DNA from: an uncultured virus (IMG/VR IMGVR_UViG_3300028586_000786)
Lineage: Duplodnaviria > Heunggongvirae > Uroviricota > Caudoviricetes
Reading direction: 5' to 3' (one strand)
Length of the DNA stretch: 64,000 nt
IMG/VR virus record: IMGVR_UViG_3300028586_000786
This document shows positions 30,003 to 39,981 of the stretch, piece after piece (the first letter of the stretch is position 1; every line of letters begins with the position of its first letter). The notes under the pieces are model-generated. The model searched no databases. It had not been told where the DNA came from and saw only the letters and a list, made by a program, of their open reading frames with translations. A program made the translations under genes and the position numbers.

Positions 30003-30583
30003 GGGGTAGCCACGGCAGCTGCCGCTCGGAAGATATCGACAACCTTGCGAGCATGTTCTCGGGCCTCTTCGTCCGACATCATGTCGCGCATCACCTCGGA
30101 GGGCACCTTGGCCGGCTGCATCTTATAGCCGACATGCAGAAGGCCCAAGGGACGCTGAGCACTGCCCCAGCGGAAGCCATCTTTGGTTGTTACTGGGCGG
30201 GAGAAAAACGACGGTTCGAAGAAATGTGCTTCGGGAGGAATGTCCAATGGCGTCTTGGCGTAGTGGAGCTGGCCGAGGGTTGGGTCGTACAGCGCTTGTC
30301 CGACAGCCACGGCAAAGTGTACCGGAGCCTTTCCGTCGATTTTATGGGGGTCGTGGAGCCACCCAATATGCACGTATCGGGGTGCGCCTTCCATGCGGGC
30401 AATAAGCTCGACGCGACGCATTTCGACGTAGAGGTTCGGATAGAGGCGTGCGAGAGCCTTCGCCGCGATTTTTGCCGACTGATGGCACTTTGTTCGCCAC
30501 ATCTCGCCGACGGCCTGACGCATGTACTGGTCCAGAGCGTTGTCAAATCTATCAACTGTGGCGCTTGCAATACTGGCGGGCAT
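29999..30583 (-). CDS. hypothetical protein
   Basis: Coupled (ATGA) to the downstream gene; C...H...DPT may be a transglutaminase-like triad. Confidence 0.6.
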   Translation of the reverse strand: MPASIASATVDRFDNALDQYMRQAVGEMWRTKCHQSAKIAAKALARLYPNLYVEMRRVELIARMEGAPRYVHIGWLHDPHKIDGKAPVHFAVAVGQALYDPTLGQLHYAKTPLDIPPEAHFFEPSFFSRPVTTKDGFRWGSAQRPLGLLHVGYKMQPAKVPSEVMRDMMSDEEAREHARKVVDIFRAAAAVATP

Positions 30584-30755
30584 GGGGTCTTGGTTAGGCG
30601 AGAATGGGAGCGTCCATTATACCGCGCAAGGCTTTCAGTGTAAATAAAGCAATGAACTGTTTTTAGTGCACTCTTTTAGTCGTCGGCATGCTTTGCCTTT
30701 CTAAAAGAAAAGCCACCCGGGAGGGCGGCTTTTGAATGAAGGAACTACAGAAGAA

Positions 30756-31490
30756 TTACTTTTGCTGCCGTTTGAGCTTACGCTCGACTTTGGCTGCAAG
30801 TTCGGCGAACACGTCGTCGAAGTCACCGTCCTCAATCACGTCGCGGACATAGTTCTCGAGCTCGTCCCATACTGCCCGGCGAGCTTCACGGCTGACTTCG
30901 ACGCCGTCACGCGAAACCCGGAGGACTTCAGTCGTACGTGCGCGCCGGTTGTCATCCGAGCAGTCCGGCTCATCGCGGGAAACCTCGATGCGGTACTTGT
31001 AGGTCTCATCGTGCCAGGTGGCGCCGGCCGAGAAGTCGGTTGCACCATCATCATCGAAAACCGGCTCCGACAGGTTGACCACGGCATTGCTATCGCCCAG
31101 GTAGAAGTCAGCTGAGCCACGGTAGTTTCCTTCGTCCAGCTCAAAGCCGTGCGGATATTGCGCATGGCCGGCGGTGCGAAGCAGCTGCTGGGCTTCCTCG
31201 GCGCTGTGTGCCCGCACACGGATACGGGCCGATAGCGTCTGGTCAACCGTGACCAGGCTTTCGTACAGGTTGCCATCTTCTGGACCGACAATGGCGGCCA
31301 GAGCTGTTGCTTGGGCATTGCGGTGGGCCTGGGCTGCATCGAAACTTGCAGACAGGGTTGGCCAATCGCGCACGCCCATTACCTGGGCAACGACTTGCAG
31401 CGCAGCCTGGTGTCCGACGTTGAGGCCAAGGCCCTTCAGTGCGGCTTTGAGAATGCGAGCCTGCTCTTGTGGTTGCGGTACGTTTTTCAT
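30756..31490 (-). CDS. paralogue A: shared N-terminal helical domain (resembles Pfam Glyoxalase_8) plus acidic C-terminus
   Basis: QARILKAALKGLGLNVGHQAALQVVAQVMGVRDW; CAAGGA SD. Confidence 0.75.
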   Translation of the reverse strand: MKNVPQPQEQARILKAALKGLGLNVGHQAALQVVAQVMGVRDWPTLSASFDAAQAHRNAQATALAAIVGPEDGNLYESLVTVDQTLSARIRVRAHSAEEAQQLLRTAGHAQYPHGFELDEGNYRGSADFYLGDSNAVVNLSEPVFDDDGATDFSAGATWHDETYKYRIEVSRDEPDCSDDNRRARTTEVLRVSRDGVEVSREARRAVWDELENYVRDVIEDGDFDDVFAELAAKVERKLKRQQK

Positions 31491-31667
31491 ATTCAGATGT
31501 CCTTGTGAACGCTCGAAGGCGCCAAATTTGGTTGCTAGGGTCTCGTCGCTGCCTGCCACGCCTTCGAAGTCGAAAGGATGGGAGATTGTCCTTCTGGGTA
31601 ATACATGCGTGCACCGTGCCTGTTTCCAGGCGACGAGGGTGTTCGAGGTGCATAAGCCCCGTGCTAC
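31491..31667 (-). ncRNA. candidate structured leader RNA A
   Basis: GCCTG-GAAA-CAGGC-ACGG; CCCATC; 9-bp stem (31513-21/31559-67) enclosing 37 nt. Confidence 0.55.
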
Positions 31668-31730
31668 GTGTAGCAACGCCAGAATAGCGCAGCTCTACAC
31701 TACGCTCCTACAACTGTTTGAGGGATTCGA

Positions 31731-31988
31731 ATGTATCTCTGCAAAGTGCAAGTCAACGATACGACCTGGTACGGCGCTGCCTGTGCGTCGGATGCGGAGG
31801 CCGTGAGGGTGCTCGGGCAGTATCCCGACGTCTGCTACCTTGGAAAGCTCGGCCGGCGGCCGGAAATGGCTCCGCTCTGGGATGCGCCTGGCGTTCGGTT
31901 CATCCTCGACACGAGCGCGGATTCCCCACAATGGACTCAGGACCTGGCAGCGTTGCCTGAGCAGGGCGAACAGGTTGTGGGGTGCTAG
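31731..31988 (+). CDS. hypothetical protein
   Basis: GCTCTACAC 30 nt upstream; overlaps the start of the ARH gene. Confidence 0.55.
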   Translation: MYLCKVQVNDTTWYGAACASDAEAVRVLGQYPDVCYLGKLGRRPEMAPLWDAPGVRFILDTSADSPQWTQDLAALPEQGEQVVGC

Positions 31989-32857
31989 GGGCTATCGCCG
32001 GCGACATCATTGGTTCTCGCTGGGAGGGAGGCTCCTGCGATGACTTGCCGCTGCCGCTCATTACCCCGGAGTCGTGCTTCACCGACGACACGGTCTGCAC
32101 GATTGCCATCGCGGCATCGTTCTTGAACGATGTTCCGTTCGACGAGTCTCTGCGCGCATGGGTTCCGCGGTACCCGAACCGGGGCTACGGCGGAAGCTTC
32201 TACACCTGGGCTCACGCCCACGCCGCGCCGCCCTACAACAGCTTTGCCAACGGTGGCGCCATGCGCGTGAGCCCGGCCGCGTTGTTCGCGCAATCGGCGT
32301 CGGAGGCCATGGAGCTGGCAGCGCAGACTGCAGCGGTTACTCATAACCACGCGGAGGGATTGACGGGCGCCCGGGCTATCGCCGTCGCAATCTGGTATGC
32401 GCGAAACGGCGTGTCGCCTGCCGTTATCCGCAGCCGGGTTGAAGCGATGTTCGGGTACGACCTGCAAGCTTCGGTTTCGGACCGCGCGCTTACCTTCGGC
32501 TTTTCAACCCTGGCGCGGGAAACTGTCCCTGACGCGTTGGTCTCTGCCTTGGAAGCAACCTCCTTTGAGGGGGCGATTCGAAACGCAATCAGGATAGGCG
32601 GAGACTCGGACACCGTAGCCTGTATGGCCGGCGGTATTGCGGAGGCGCTGTTCGGCATTCCGGGCTATCTGGTCGACGATTTGCGGGGAGAGCTTCCGGC
32701 AGAGATGTGGGAAGTGCTCGAGGGGACGTACAAGAAAGCTGGATGCGCTTTCCCTTTGACAGGGGCATGCACTCCTGCGCACACCCCAGCGGAAAAGGGC
32801 GAACCGCCAGCATCGCTTACCGTCTTCGAAAGGCTGCGCAACTGGCTCTGGCTGTAG
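31982..32857 (+). CDS. ADP-ribosylglycohydrolase (ARH/DraG family)
   Basis: GAIAGDIIG, TDDT, NGGAMRVSP, THNH and GGDSDT motifs. Confidence 0.92.
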   Translation: MLGAIAGDIIGSRWEGGSCDDLPLPLITPESCFTDDTVCTIAIAASFLNDVPFDESLRAWVPRYPNRGYGGSFYTWAHAHAAPPYNSFANGGAMRVSPAALFAQSASEAMELAAQTAAVTHNHAEGLTGARAIAVAIWYARNGVSPAVIRSRVEAMFGYDLQASVSDRALTFGFSTLARETVPDALVSALEATSFEGAIRNAIRIGGDSDTVACMAGGIAEALFGIPGYLVDDLRGELPAEMWEVLEGTYKKAGCAFPLTGACTPAHTPAEKGEPPASLTVFERLRNWLWL

Positions 32858-32892
32858 GACGGCGGCGTTTAGGGTAGTGCGCAGTTTCGGGA

Positions 32893-33417
32893 CTACTTGG
32901 TGCCCGGAGCCGTGACATCCGCGTTCAGAACTCGCCCAACCAGCTCGCCGAACGTCCCTTCGAAGAGTTGAGCAAATTCCCTGCGCGCTATCATCGTCGA
33001 CTGGGCTTTGTGAGCATTCAGGGCAGCCTGCTTGTCGGCTCCTACGGGCGTATCTGCGTCAAACAAGAACCGCGACGTATCGCCATAGACGTCCAGGCCT
33101 GTATCGAGGCAGTCGTTCAGGACTTTGTTCTGCTGGTTCAGCAGATACTTTACGAATCCAGTGGACTCCGGAATGAGCTTTGGTCCACCAAACGCTTTCA
33201 TAGCCGCCTGCAGTCCCTGGGCAATGTGCAGCGGACGGAGTACCGCTACGTGAGACACCGGGTCCGTCCCCCGCTGGCGTAAATTCCACGATATTGCAGA
33301 GCACTCGCCCTTGCTTTGGGCAGCCCGAGCATCGACGGCCTTGCGCAGCGCGCGGTGGGCCGCCAACAGGGGGCCTCGCAAGGAGGCGTCGGAATTGAGG
33401 GCGTACAGGTCAGGCAT
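32893..33417 (-). CDS. hypothetical protein
   Basis: GGAG SD; GAACTACAC 25 nt upstream. Confidence 0.65.
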   Translation of the reverse strand: MPDLYALNSDASLRGPLLAAHRALRKAVDARAAQSKGECSAISWNLRQRGTDPVSHVAVLRPLHIAQGLQAAMKAFGGPKLIPESTGFVKYLLNQQNKVLNDCLDTGLDVYGDTSRFLFDADTPVGADKQAALNAHKAQSTMIARREFAQLFEGTFGELVGRVLNADVTAPGTK

Positions 33418-33461
33418 GCTGTTCTCCGCGGTTTGCAGCTTCGTGTAGTTCCGCGCATTTA

Positions 33462-33523
33462 GCCAAGCCGTAATCCGCAATCGGTCAGGCGGCTACCTGA
33501 CCGATTGCGGATTACGGCTTGGC
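33462..33523. repeat. perfect 28-bp inverted repeat with 6-nt loop
   Basis: GCCAAGCCGTAATCCGCAATCGGTCAGG-CGGCTA-CCTGACCGATTGCGGATTACGGCTTGGC. Confidence 0.9.
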
Positions 33524-33718
33524 GACGTGGCGCAGCATTTCCTTGCCTACTTTCCCGGCCGCGATTTCACGCAGAGCCATCACGGTAGGCTTGCCTTTGC
33601 CTTCAACCTTGGCGGTATGGCCTTTAATCAGCTGGCGCGCACGGTAGGTAGCGGCCAACGTCAGCTCGAACCGGTTAGGCATCTCTTTCAAGCAATCTTC
33701 AACAGTAATGCGGGCCAT
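33512..33718 (-). CDS. rpoZ: RNA polymerase omega subunit
   Basis: [10 protein letters not shown]...NRFEL.L.A..RARQL...[12 protein letters not shown]. Confidence 0.95.
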   Translation of the reverse strand: MARITVEDCLKEMPNRFELTLAATYRARQLIKGHTAKVEGKGKPTVMALREIAAGKVGKEMLRHVAKP

Positions 33719-33941
33719 GAGGCCTCCATGGAAATGGGGTGGGGGAGCAGTTTAGCGTACTTGCTTGCGGGAGAAAAGTCGCGTCACTAAAAGTGTTGGC
33801 TAGGATATGAAGCGGTGTGTACGTGACGTATAGGGGCAAGGTTTAGCCACTCTGTGGGGGTTCTGCTCGGTACGGCACTGTCCAGAAAAACGCCCTGCAG
33901 GTCCGGAGACGGGCAGGGCGGTTGAATCGTGATGCGGTAGC

Positions 33942-34400
33942 TTATTCGCGCAGTGCCGAGTGCAACTCGACAGGGGACCAGTCGTTGAAGAAGTACTCTG
34001 CCTGGGACTCGGGGTCGTTCGCCTTCTGCACGGTGTAGACCGTACTCGCCGCGGCGCCCGTGGACAAATACGCGGTGAATGCGGGGTCGTCCAGGTAGTA
34101 GCAGGCGCATGCGGCCAGGTAGTTCCGTTCAGCGGACTGCAGCTCGCGAATATGCGGGGCCATGCCGAGAACTTGGCCAATGTCCCCGTTCTTCAGGCAG
34201 TCCTCGACGACACGGGCGCTTGGATGGGGTAGGTAGACCTTGTCCGCGTGGCGTACGGCGTCCAGGTTCGCTCGCATTGCGCCCATGAGGAACACCATGG
34301 GTGCGGGCAGGGCGACGTGGGCTGGAGCTGAAGTGTTACTGCCGCCGGCGGCGAAAGGATTCAGGCCTTTTGGAAGGTCGAGTTGTTGGTTTGCGTTCAT
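33942..34400 (-). CDS. hypothetical protein
   Basis: AAGGA SD; TCGCTACAC at 34439-34447. Confidence 0.7.
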   Translation of the reverse strand: MNANQQLDLPKGLNPFAAGGSNTSAPAHVALPAPMVFLMGAMRANLDAVRHADKVYLPHPSARVVEDCLKNGDIGQVLGMAPHIRELQSAERNYLAACACYYLDDPAFTAYLSTGAAASTVYTVQKANDPESQAEYFFNDWSPVELHSALRE

Positions 34401-34545
34401 GGCTTCCTTTCGATGAGGTGTTGAGATGTCCTAGTCTAGTGTAGCGATTTGACATTGACGTTGCCGTTGCCGTTGCCCGGGCATGGCCGGCAAAGAAAAA
34501 CCCCGCGCTTGGGAAAGCCACGGGGTTGGTCAATCAGGGTAGCGC

Positions 34546-35037
34546 TTAGTCGCGCAGGCTAAAGAGGTCTTGTTCAAGTCGCCACTTCGCGGTCATCCGC
34601 GCCACCAGGCTGGCAGCGCCGGCGAGAGCTATGCAGGCAACTGGCTGGAGGGGATAGAGCCTTGAGGCAGCCAGGCCGTTCACCGCTAGCGAGGCAACAG
34701 CGCCCAGACAAAGCGTCCAGGGAAGCATCGTATGGAGGCAAGCTCGGGCACCCCCATCGTAAAGGATGTGCGGCCCATGCATTGCCAGCGTAACGAGGCT
34801 GACCAGCGCCATCACCGTAACTGCCACCGCTGGGGAGGAGTGCAGGCTTGCCAACACGAACGCAATCCCCGACAGCAGAGCAGGCACTCGCATGAGCCGG
34901 CCTGCACGAACAAGGCTGATATGGTGGTAACGACATGCGACCATTTGGCGGAAAACTTCCCGCTCAGCCGCCCACGTAAGAACCAGGAAGGTGAAGGTGG
35001 CAAACAGCGCCAGGAGCGGGGCATAAGTGTCGAACAT
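34546..35037 (-). CDS. multi-TM membrane protein
   Basis: Hydrophobic segments; TCGCTATAC-N5-AGGCCAAC 29 nt upstream. Confidence 0.7.
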   Translation of the reverse strand: MFDTYAPLLALFATFTFLVLTWAAEREVFRQMVACRYHHISLVRAGRLMRVPALLSGIAFVLASLHSSPAVAVTVMALVSLVTLAMHGPHILYDGGARACLHTMLPWTLCLGAVASLAVNGLAASRLYPLQPVACIALAGAASLVARMTAKWRLEQDLFSLRD

Positions 35038-35148
35038 AGGGTCCTTGAGGGTAGTTGGCCTTCCAGGTATAGCGAACTGGCGCGGGCGCCGTCTAAAGGG
35101 CGGTCGCTAGACTTAGATTCCCCTCATACTCTAAAGGATGCTTCCAAG

Positions 35149-35454
35149 ATGCACAATGCTACCGTCGAAACCTTCGAACAAGAAGTCCTGAACTCCGACA
35201 TTCCCGTGCTGGTTGATTTCTGGGCCGAGTGGTGCGGACCCTGCCGCATGATGACCCCGGTGCTCGAGCAGTTCGCTGCAAAATATGATGGGCGTGTGCG
35301 CGTCGTGAAGGTCGATGCGGACACCCAGCGTAGCCTCGCGGTAACGTATGGCGTGCGGGGTTTGCCGACACTGATGGTCTTTGTCAAGGGCCAGGTGAAA
35401 GCGACCCGCACCGGTGCTACCAATCTCGCCGGCGTCGAAACCCTGATTGCGTAA
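35149..35454 (+). CDS. trxA: thioredoxin
   Basis: VLVDFWAEWCGPC active site; cis-Pro GLPT. Confidence 0.93.
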   Translation: MHNATVETFEQEVLNSDIPVLVDFWAEWCGPCRMMTPVLEQFAAKYDGRVRVVKVDADTQRSLAVTYGVRGLPTLMVFVKGQVKATRTGATNLAGVETLIA

Positions 35455-35520
35455 CCCGGAATCGAGTGCTGCCCAAAAGAAAACCCCGCTTGAGCGGGGT
35501 TTTTTGTGGCTATCGGCTGG

Positions 35521-36114
35521 TTACTTCCAGGGTCGCTTTGTCTCCGCCTCGTAGGCGGCGATGACCTCGCGCATGCCCTTGAGCTGCTTTGCTGACAGAT
35601 TGCGGTCGTTGTAATACTGCTTGCCTTCGTAGCGCACGGTGACGCTTTTTGCTTCTGCCATCGCGCGAACGGCTGCGATGTCGCTGGCGCCGGTCACCGG
35701 CACATCGGACCACTCCCAGATGCCCCCGCTGCCGTTATCGCGTTCCCAGCCCGAAAAGCCGCTTTCTTGTGGGAAGTCGATGCGGGTCTTGTCGGCCTTG
35801 GCGAACGCTTTGGTGATGAAGAGCCAGTCGTCGGACGCGTACTGCACCGCCAGGCGCAGCGGAGTAATGGTGCCGCTATCGAACTTGCCGAAATACAGGT
35901 ACATGCCGTTCGTATTCCGGTACTTTGGTGCCGACGTGCTTTGGTACCAGGCGACGCCACCCATCTTGTCGTACTTGCGGCTTAGGGCTTTGAGAGGGTC
36001 GGCCGCCGGCTTGGCTTTAGCCACCGCAGGGGACGCGACTGCGGCAGCGTGCGCCATCGGATTGGAAAGGAATGTGGCAAGGACGACAGACAGCATTGCG
36101 AACGTGGACTTCAT
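35521..36114 (-). CDS. secreted hypothetical protein
   Basis: Signal peptide (AHA); GGAG SD. Confidence 0.7.
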   Translation of the reverse strand: MKSTFAMLSVVLATFLSNPMAHAAAVASPAVAKAKPAADPLKALSRKYDKMGGVAWYQSTSAPKYRNTNGMYLYFGKFDSGTITPLRLAVQYASDDWLFITKAFAKADKTRIDFPQESGFSGWERDNGSGGIWEWSDVPVTGASDIAAVRAMAEAKSVTVRYEGKQYYNDRNLSAKQLKGMREVIAAYEAETKRPWK

Positions 36115-36306
36115 AGACTCTCCCTGGTTATTGACGACTGCCCGCTTTTTATCGCAGGGGCATACCAATAGATTACCAAATGTATATCATTCCTGTAAAG
36201 AAATTGTTGCTATCAGTGCTATTGCGCTACAGTGGACGGATGCTAAAAGAAAAGCCGCTCGAGAGCGGCTTTTGGTTGAATGAAAGGGTTGAGCTTGAAG
36301 GGGAGC

Positions 36307-37974
36307 TTACGCAGCTTCTCGCGGCTCTACCTTGCACCAGATGGTTGGAGCCTTCGGCTTGTTGCGTGCCTCGGCGATGTGCCCAGGAAGCGCGAACGAG
36401 TCAGTACGGGCCACGGCCCACCAACGTTCGAACACTGGGTAGCGGTAGACGCCGTTGAGCAGGTCTCCCGGTTCCACGGTATCGAGCACTTCCGACAAAG
36501 GTTGCACGTCGAACGCCGAAATACGACGCATGATGTGGTGCGGTGCTAGCTGTTCCGGATGCGTCAGGCCGGCGGCCTGCACAAGTTCAGCCAGAGCATG
36601 CATCGTGTTGCGATGGAAGTTGAACACGCGTTCTGCTTTATCGGGTACGACAAGAGCCTTCTGGCGGTCTTGGTCCTGGGTTGCCACCCCGGTAGGACAG
36701 CGGTCGGTATTACACTTCTGCGCTTGGATGCAGCCGACAGCGAACATGAAGCCGCGGGCGGAATTGACCCAATCTGCGCCAATTGCCATAATGCGTGCGA
36801 TGTCGAACGCAGTGATGAGCTTTCCCGACGCGCCCAGGCGAACCTTGTCGCGTAGGCCAAGGCCCTTGAGCATGTTATGCACCAGCAAAAGTCCTTCCTG
36901 CAGCGGGGTGCCGACATGGTCGACGAACTCCACTGGCGCCGCGCCGGTGCCGCCTTCTGCGCCATCGACCACTATGAAGTCAAACGTCCAGCCCAAATCG
37001 TACATGGCCTTGCCAATTCCGAACACTTCCCACGGATGGCCGACGCACAGCTTGATTCCGACAGGCTTGCCGCCTGACCGGTCGCTCAGAAGCATACCGA
37101 ACTTGACCAGGGACTCTGGCGAATCGAAAGCCGAATGCGACGAGGGAGAAATGCAGTCCTGGCCCATGGGAACGCCGCGGGTGGCGGCGATTTCCGGAGT
37201 GATTTTCGCAGCCGGCAGTACGCCGCCATGACCGGGCTTAGCTCCTTGCGAGAGCTTAATCTCAATCATCTTCACTTGTGGGTCCTGTGCCCGAACGGAA
37301 AACGCTTCAGGGTCGAAGGTTCCGTCCGGATTGCGGCAGCCGAAATAGCCTGAGCCGATTTCCCAGATGAGGTCGCCGCCGTGTTCGCGGTGATACTGTG
37401 AAATGGAGCCCTCGCCGGTGTCATGAGCGAATCCACCTTTCTTTGCTCCCAGGTTCAGGGCTCGGATAGCGTTTGCCGACAGAGCGCCGAAACTCATCGC
37501 CGACACGTTCATTACGGACAGCGAGTAGGGTTTGGCGCGGCCTGCGCCGACGACTACGCGAAAATCGCTGCTGGCCAGTTTGGTTGGTGCCATTGAGTGG
37601 CTGACCCATTCGTGGCCGGTAGCATCAACATCCCGCTCGGTGCCGAAAGCTCGGGAGTCAATGTCGTTCTTTGCGCGTTGGTAGACGACATTACGCTGCG
37701 CACGCGAAAAAGGAGTTTCTTCCGTTTCGCTCTCAACGAAGTACTGCCGGAACTCCGGTCGGATGAACTCGAATATGAAGCGGAAGTGGCCGAGCAGCGG
37801 GTAGTTGCGCAAAATGCTGTGACGGGTTTGCACCGCGTCGCGCACGCCTACGACACACAAGGCAACAGCCACGACTGACCAGAGCCAGCTAATGCTGCCG
37901 GCCGCTGCCAGAATGACGGTTGTGGAAAGGACAATAAGGGCGGCGTACAAGCCGACCCAGCGACGAACTAGCAT
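36307..37974 (-). CDS. FMN-binding glutamate synthase family protein (stand-alone, membrane-anchored)
   Basis: SAMSFGALS, TGEG, EIKLSQGAKPGHGG, DGAEGGTGAAP, GCIQAQKC...CPTGVATQD 3Fe-4S motif. Confidence 0.92.
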   Translation of the reverse strand: MLVRRWVGLYAALIVLSTTVILAAAGSISWLWSVVAVALCVVGVRDAVQTRHSILRNYPLLGHFRFIFEFIRPEFRQYFVESETEETPFSRAQRNVVYQRAKNDIDSRAFGTERDVDATGHEWVSHSMAPTKLASSDFRVVVGAGRAKPYSLSVMNVSAMSFGALSANAIRALNLGAKKGGFAHDTGEGSISQYHREHGGDLIWEIGSGYFGCRNPDGTFDPEAFSVRAQDPQVKMIEIKLSQGAKPGHGGVLPAAKITPEIAATRGVPMGQDCISPSSHSAFDSPESLVKFGMLLSDRSGGKPVGIKLCVGHPWEVFGIGKAMYDLGWTFDFIVVDGAEGGTGAAPVEFVDHVGTPLQEGLLLVHNMLKGLGLRDKVRLGASGKLITAFDIARIMAIGADWVNSARGFMFAVGCIQAQKCNTDRCPTGVATQDQDRQKALVVPDKAERVFNFHRNTMHALAELVQAAGLTHPEQLAPHHIMRRISAFDVQPLSEVLDTVEPGDLLNGVYRYPVFERWWAVARTDSFALPGHIAEARNKPKAPTIWCKVEPREAA

Positions 37975-38410
37975 AGTATCTCCTGAAATTCAGAGGGGCA
38001 GAGGCCCTTTTCAATATTGTACAGTGGAAACTACCAACTGTATATGTGGTGGGAATGTCCTGCAGGGTATAGGACCGGAGCGCAGCGCCACCCGGCTGCA
38101 GAAAGCAAAAGCCCTCGAGCGTATCGAGGGCTTACTTGGTGCGGCGCGGTTGCCGCTAATTCGTTACTTACTTGCGGGCCAGCAGAGCCGAAGCGACTAA
38201 GAATAGGGCAGAGCAGCCCAGGATTGCGATGGCGATGATGTTCATGAACATGGTTTTCTCGTTGTGGTTGATAATGAATAGTGTAGGAACACGTGTTTTC
38301 ATATTCACGATGATGATAACTGGTAACATCGTTCTGAATATGACTTTGAGGCAACACACCCCGTTGGACGAAAAAAGAGCCCCAGCGGGGCTCTTTGAAT
38401 TGCTCGAAGG

Positions 38411-39181
38411 TCACTCTGGCCTATTGCGAAGCTGCGCAATGGTTAGCGCCGGCACCAGCCTGCTTTCCAGATATGGCTGCAGTGCTTCTCGTTTCTGCGC
38501 ACGAGTTGCTTCTGGCGGAAGTGCCAGCTCGGCAGGGATGTCCTTCATGAAATAGTCGACCAGCACATGCGCACGCTGGTGGAGCGTAGACAGATGTGGC
38601 ACCAGAAGCTCGTCCGTCATCTCGTGGTACGCGTCGATAGGGCGCACCAGGTTCAGCGTGAACCCAACTTGCGAAGGCGGCATGCGGCCGGGGAAGATTC
38701 GAGCCCACATGCGCTTACGGGCAGTCCATTCACGTCTTGGGAGCTCGTCCGGACCGTCTGAGTTATCCCAGTATGAGAAATCGCGCCAGAACGGCTGACT
38801 GGTCCAGGCCTTGTACAACTCCGGGTGTTCGATAAACGTCGTCGCCAGGAGCCGTGCCGGCACGGACTTTGTCGCAGCCACTGGGAACAGTACGACATCT
38901 GAAGCAAAGTCCGCCATGGGGTCGCGCCTGCGGGTACGCTCAACCTCGTCCTGCCTGTCCATCAGCGTTGTCGCAGCCTCGCCAATGAAACTCATCGGCT
39001 TTTCCGTTTCGAGGCCGAGGTGGTGCAGGTCGAAGTTGTGTGTCGCGCAGTTCACTACAAAGCTGCGAGCAGCGTGTCGCGCCACTTCAATCATGGCCGG
39101 CCGAATGCGTTGAGCGTGCTTCAAAAACGATTCGAGGGTGTGGCCGACAATCTCGCAACCGCCATAGATTTGGATGGTCAT
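38411..39181 (-). CDS. hypothetical protein
   Basis: AAGGA SD; TTTCTATAC 28 nt upstream. Confidence 0.7.
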   Translation of the reverse strand: MTIQIYGGCEIVGHTLESFLKHAQRIRPAMIEVARHAARSFVVNCATHNFDLHHLGLETEKPMSFIGEAATTLMDRQDEVERTRRRDPMADFASDVVLFPVAATKSVPARLLATTFIEHPELYKAWTSQPFWRDFSYWDNSDGPDELPRREWTARKRMWARIFPGRMPPSQVGFTLNLVRPIDAYHEMTDELLVPHLSTLHQRAHVLVDYFMKDIPAELALPPEATRAQKREALQPYLESRLVPALTIAQLRNRPE

Positions 39182-39297
39182 ACGGTCCTTTAGGTAGGGG
39201 TTCTCTGGCGTATAGAAAGCGGAACCTATACGGGTTCGCGGTACCCATTGGAGCTTGGCCACACTTCCCGAGGCCAATCCACTTACAAGGACATTTC

Positions 39298-39843
39298 ATG
39301 CAAGACGAATCGTTACTGCCGGTCCTGGACGCTCGCGCCGCCAAAGCGTTGATGCGCCATATCTACGATACCGAGACGCTGGACGTTGCCGTGTTTGTCG
39401 ACCAAGGTTGGGGTAATCTTCCCATCCAAATTTCGATTATCAAAGACGGGAATGGGCAAGGTCCTGTCGCGTTCATTACCCCGGCGGCCTACGAAGAGCT
39501 TCTTCGCGCTCAGGTCATCGACACGAACAACTTGCGGACCTTCAAGAGCCGCAAGAACCACCAGTACGTCGGCCACGGTTGGTTGAAGACGTGCAGGGTG
39601 TCCATGCAGGGGGCGTCTATGGAATACCCTCTCTTGTCCGCGGCTCAAAAGGCCACAGTCAAGCGTGCGGTACAGCGATTTGCCAAGAAGGGTACTGCGC
39701 GCCACTGGCGAGCCCGGGTCGATGGTTGCGTGGTGTACTACGAAGCGGATTACCCTGCGACGGGGTTGACCATCGAGTTCGGTTCTTATGGCGGACGCTT
39801 CGTTGGTGGCATCTACAAACTCGGCGAGCCTCGGCCGGAATAA
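39298..39843 (+). CDS. hypothetical protein
   Basis: AAGGA SD. Confidence 0.65.
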   Translation: MQDESLLPVLDARAAKALMRHIYDTETLDVAVFVDQGWGNLPIQISIIKDGNGQGPVAFITPAAYEELLRAQVIDTNNLRTFKSRKNHQYVGHGWLKTCRVSMQGASMEYPLLSAAQKATVKRAVQRFAKKGTARHWRARVDGCVVYYEADYPATGLTIEFGSYGGRFVGGIYKLGEPRPE

Positions 39844-39981
39844 GCACTGATTCCTCCAGCGGCATCTTTAGCGCCTGCTGTGCTCTCTTCTCCTACGCCT
39901 GCCTGCTTGAGCGACGCACGCACGAAAAAAGCGCCTGCGCGGGAGAACCCGGCAGGCGCATGAATACAGCTGAAAATTACG

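Noticed and set aside
31491..31676. In-frame N-terminal extensions of paralogues A-D given by the ORF track
   Set aside because: The extensions share no protein similarity, and a strong CAAGGA SD precedes the downstream ATGs; the regions are better explained as RNA leaders.
36307..37974. Functional glutamate synthase (gltB)
   Set aside because: Only the FMN domain is present; there is no amidotransferase domain and no gltD.
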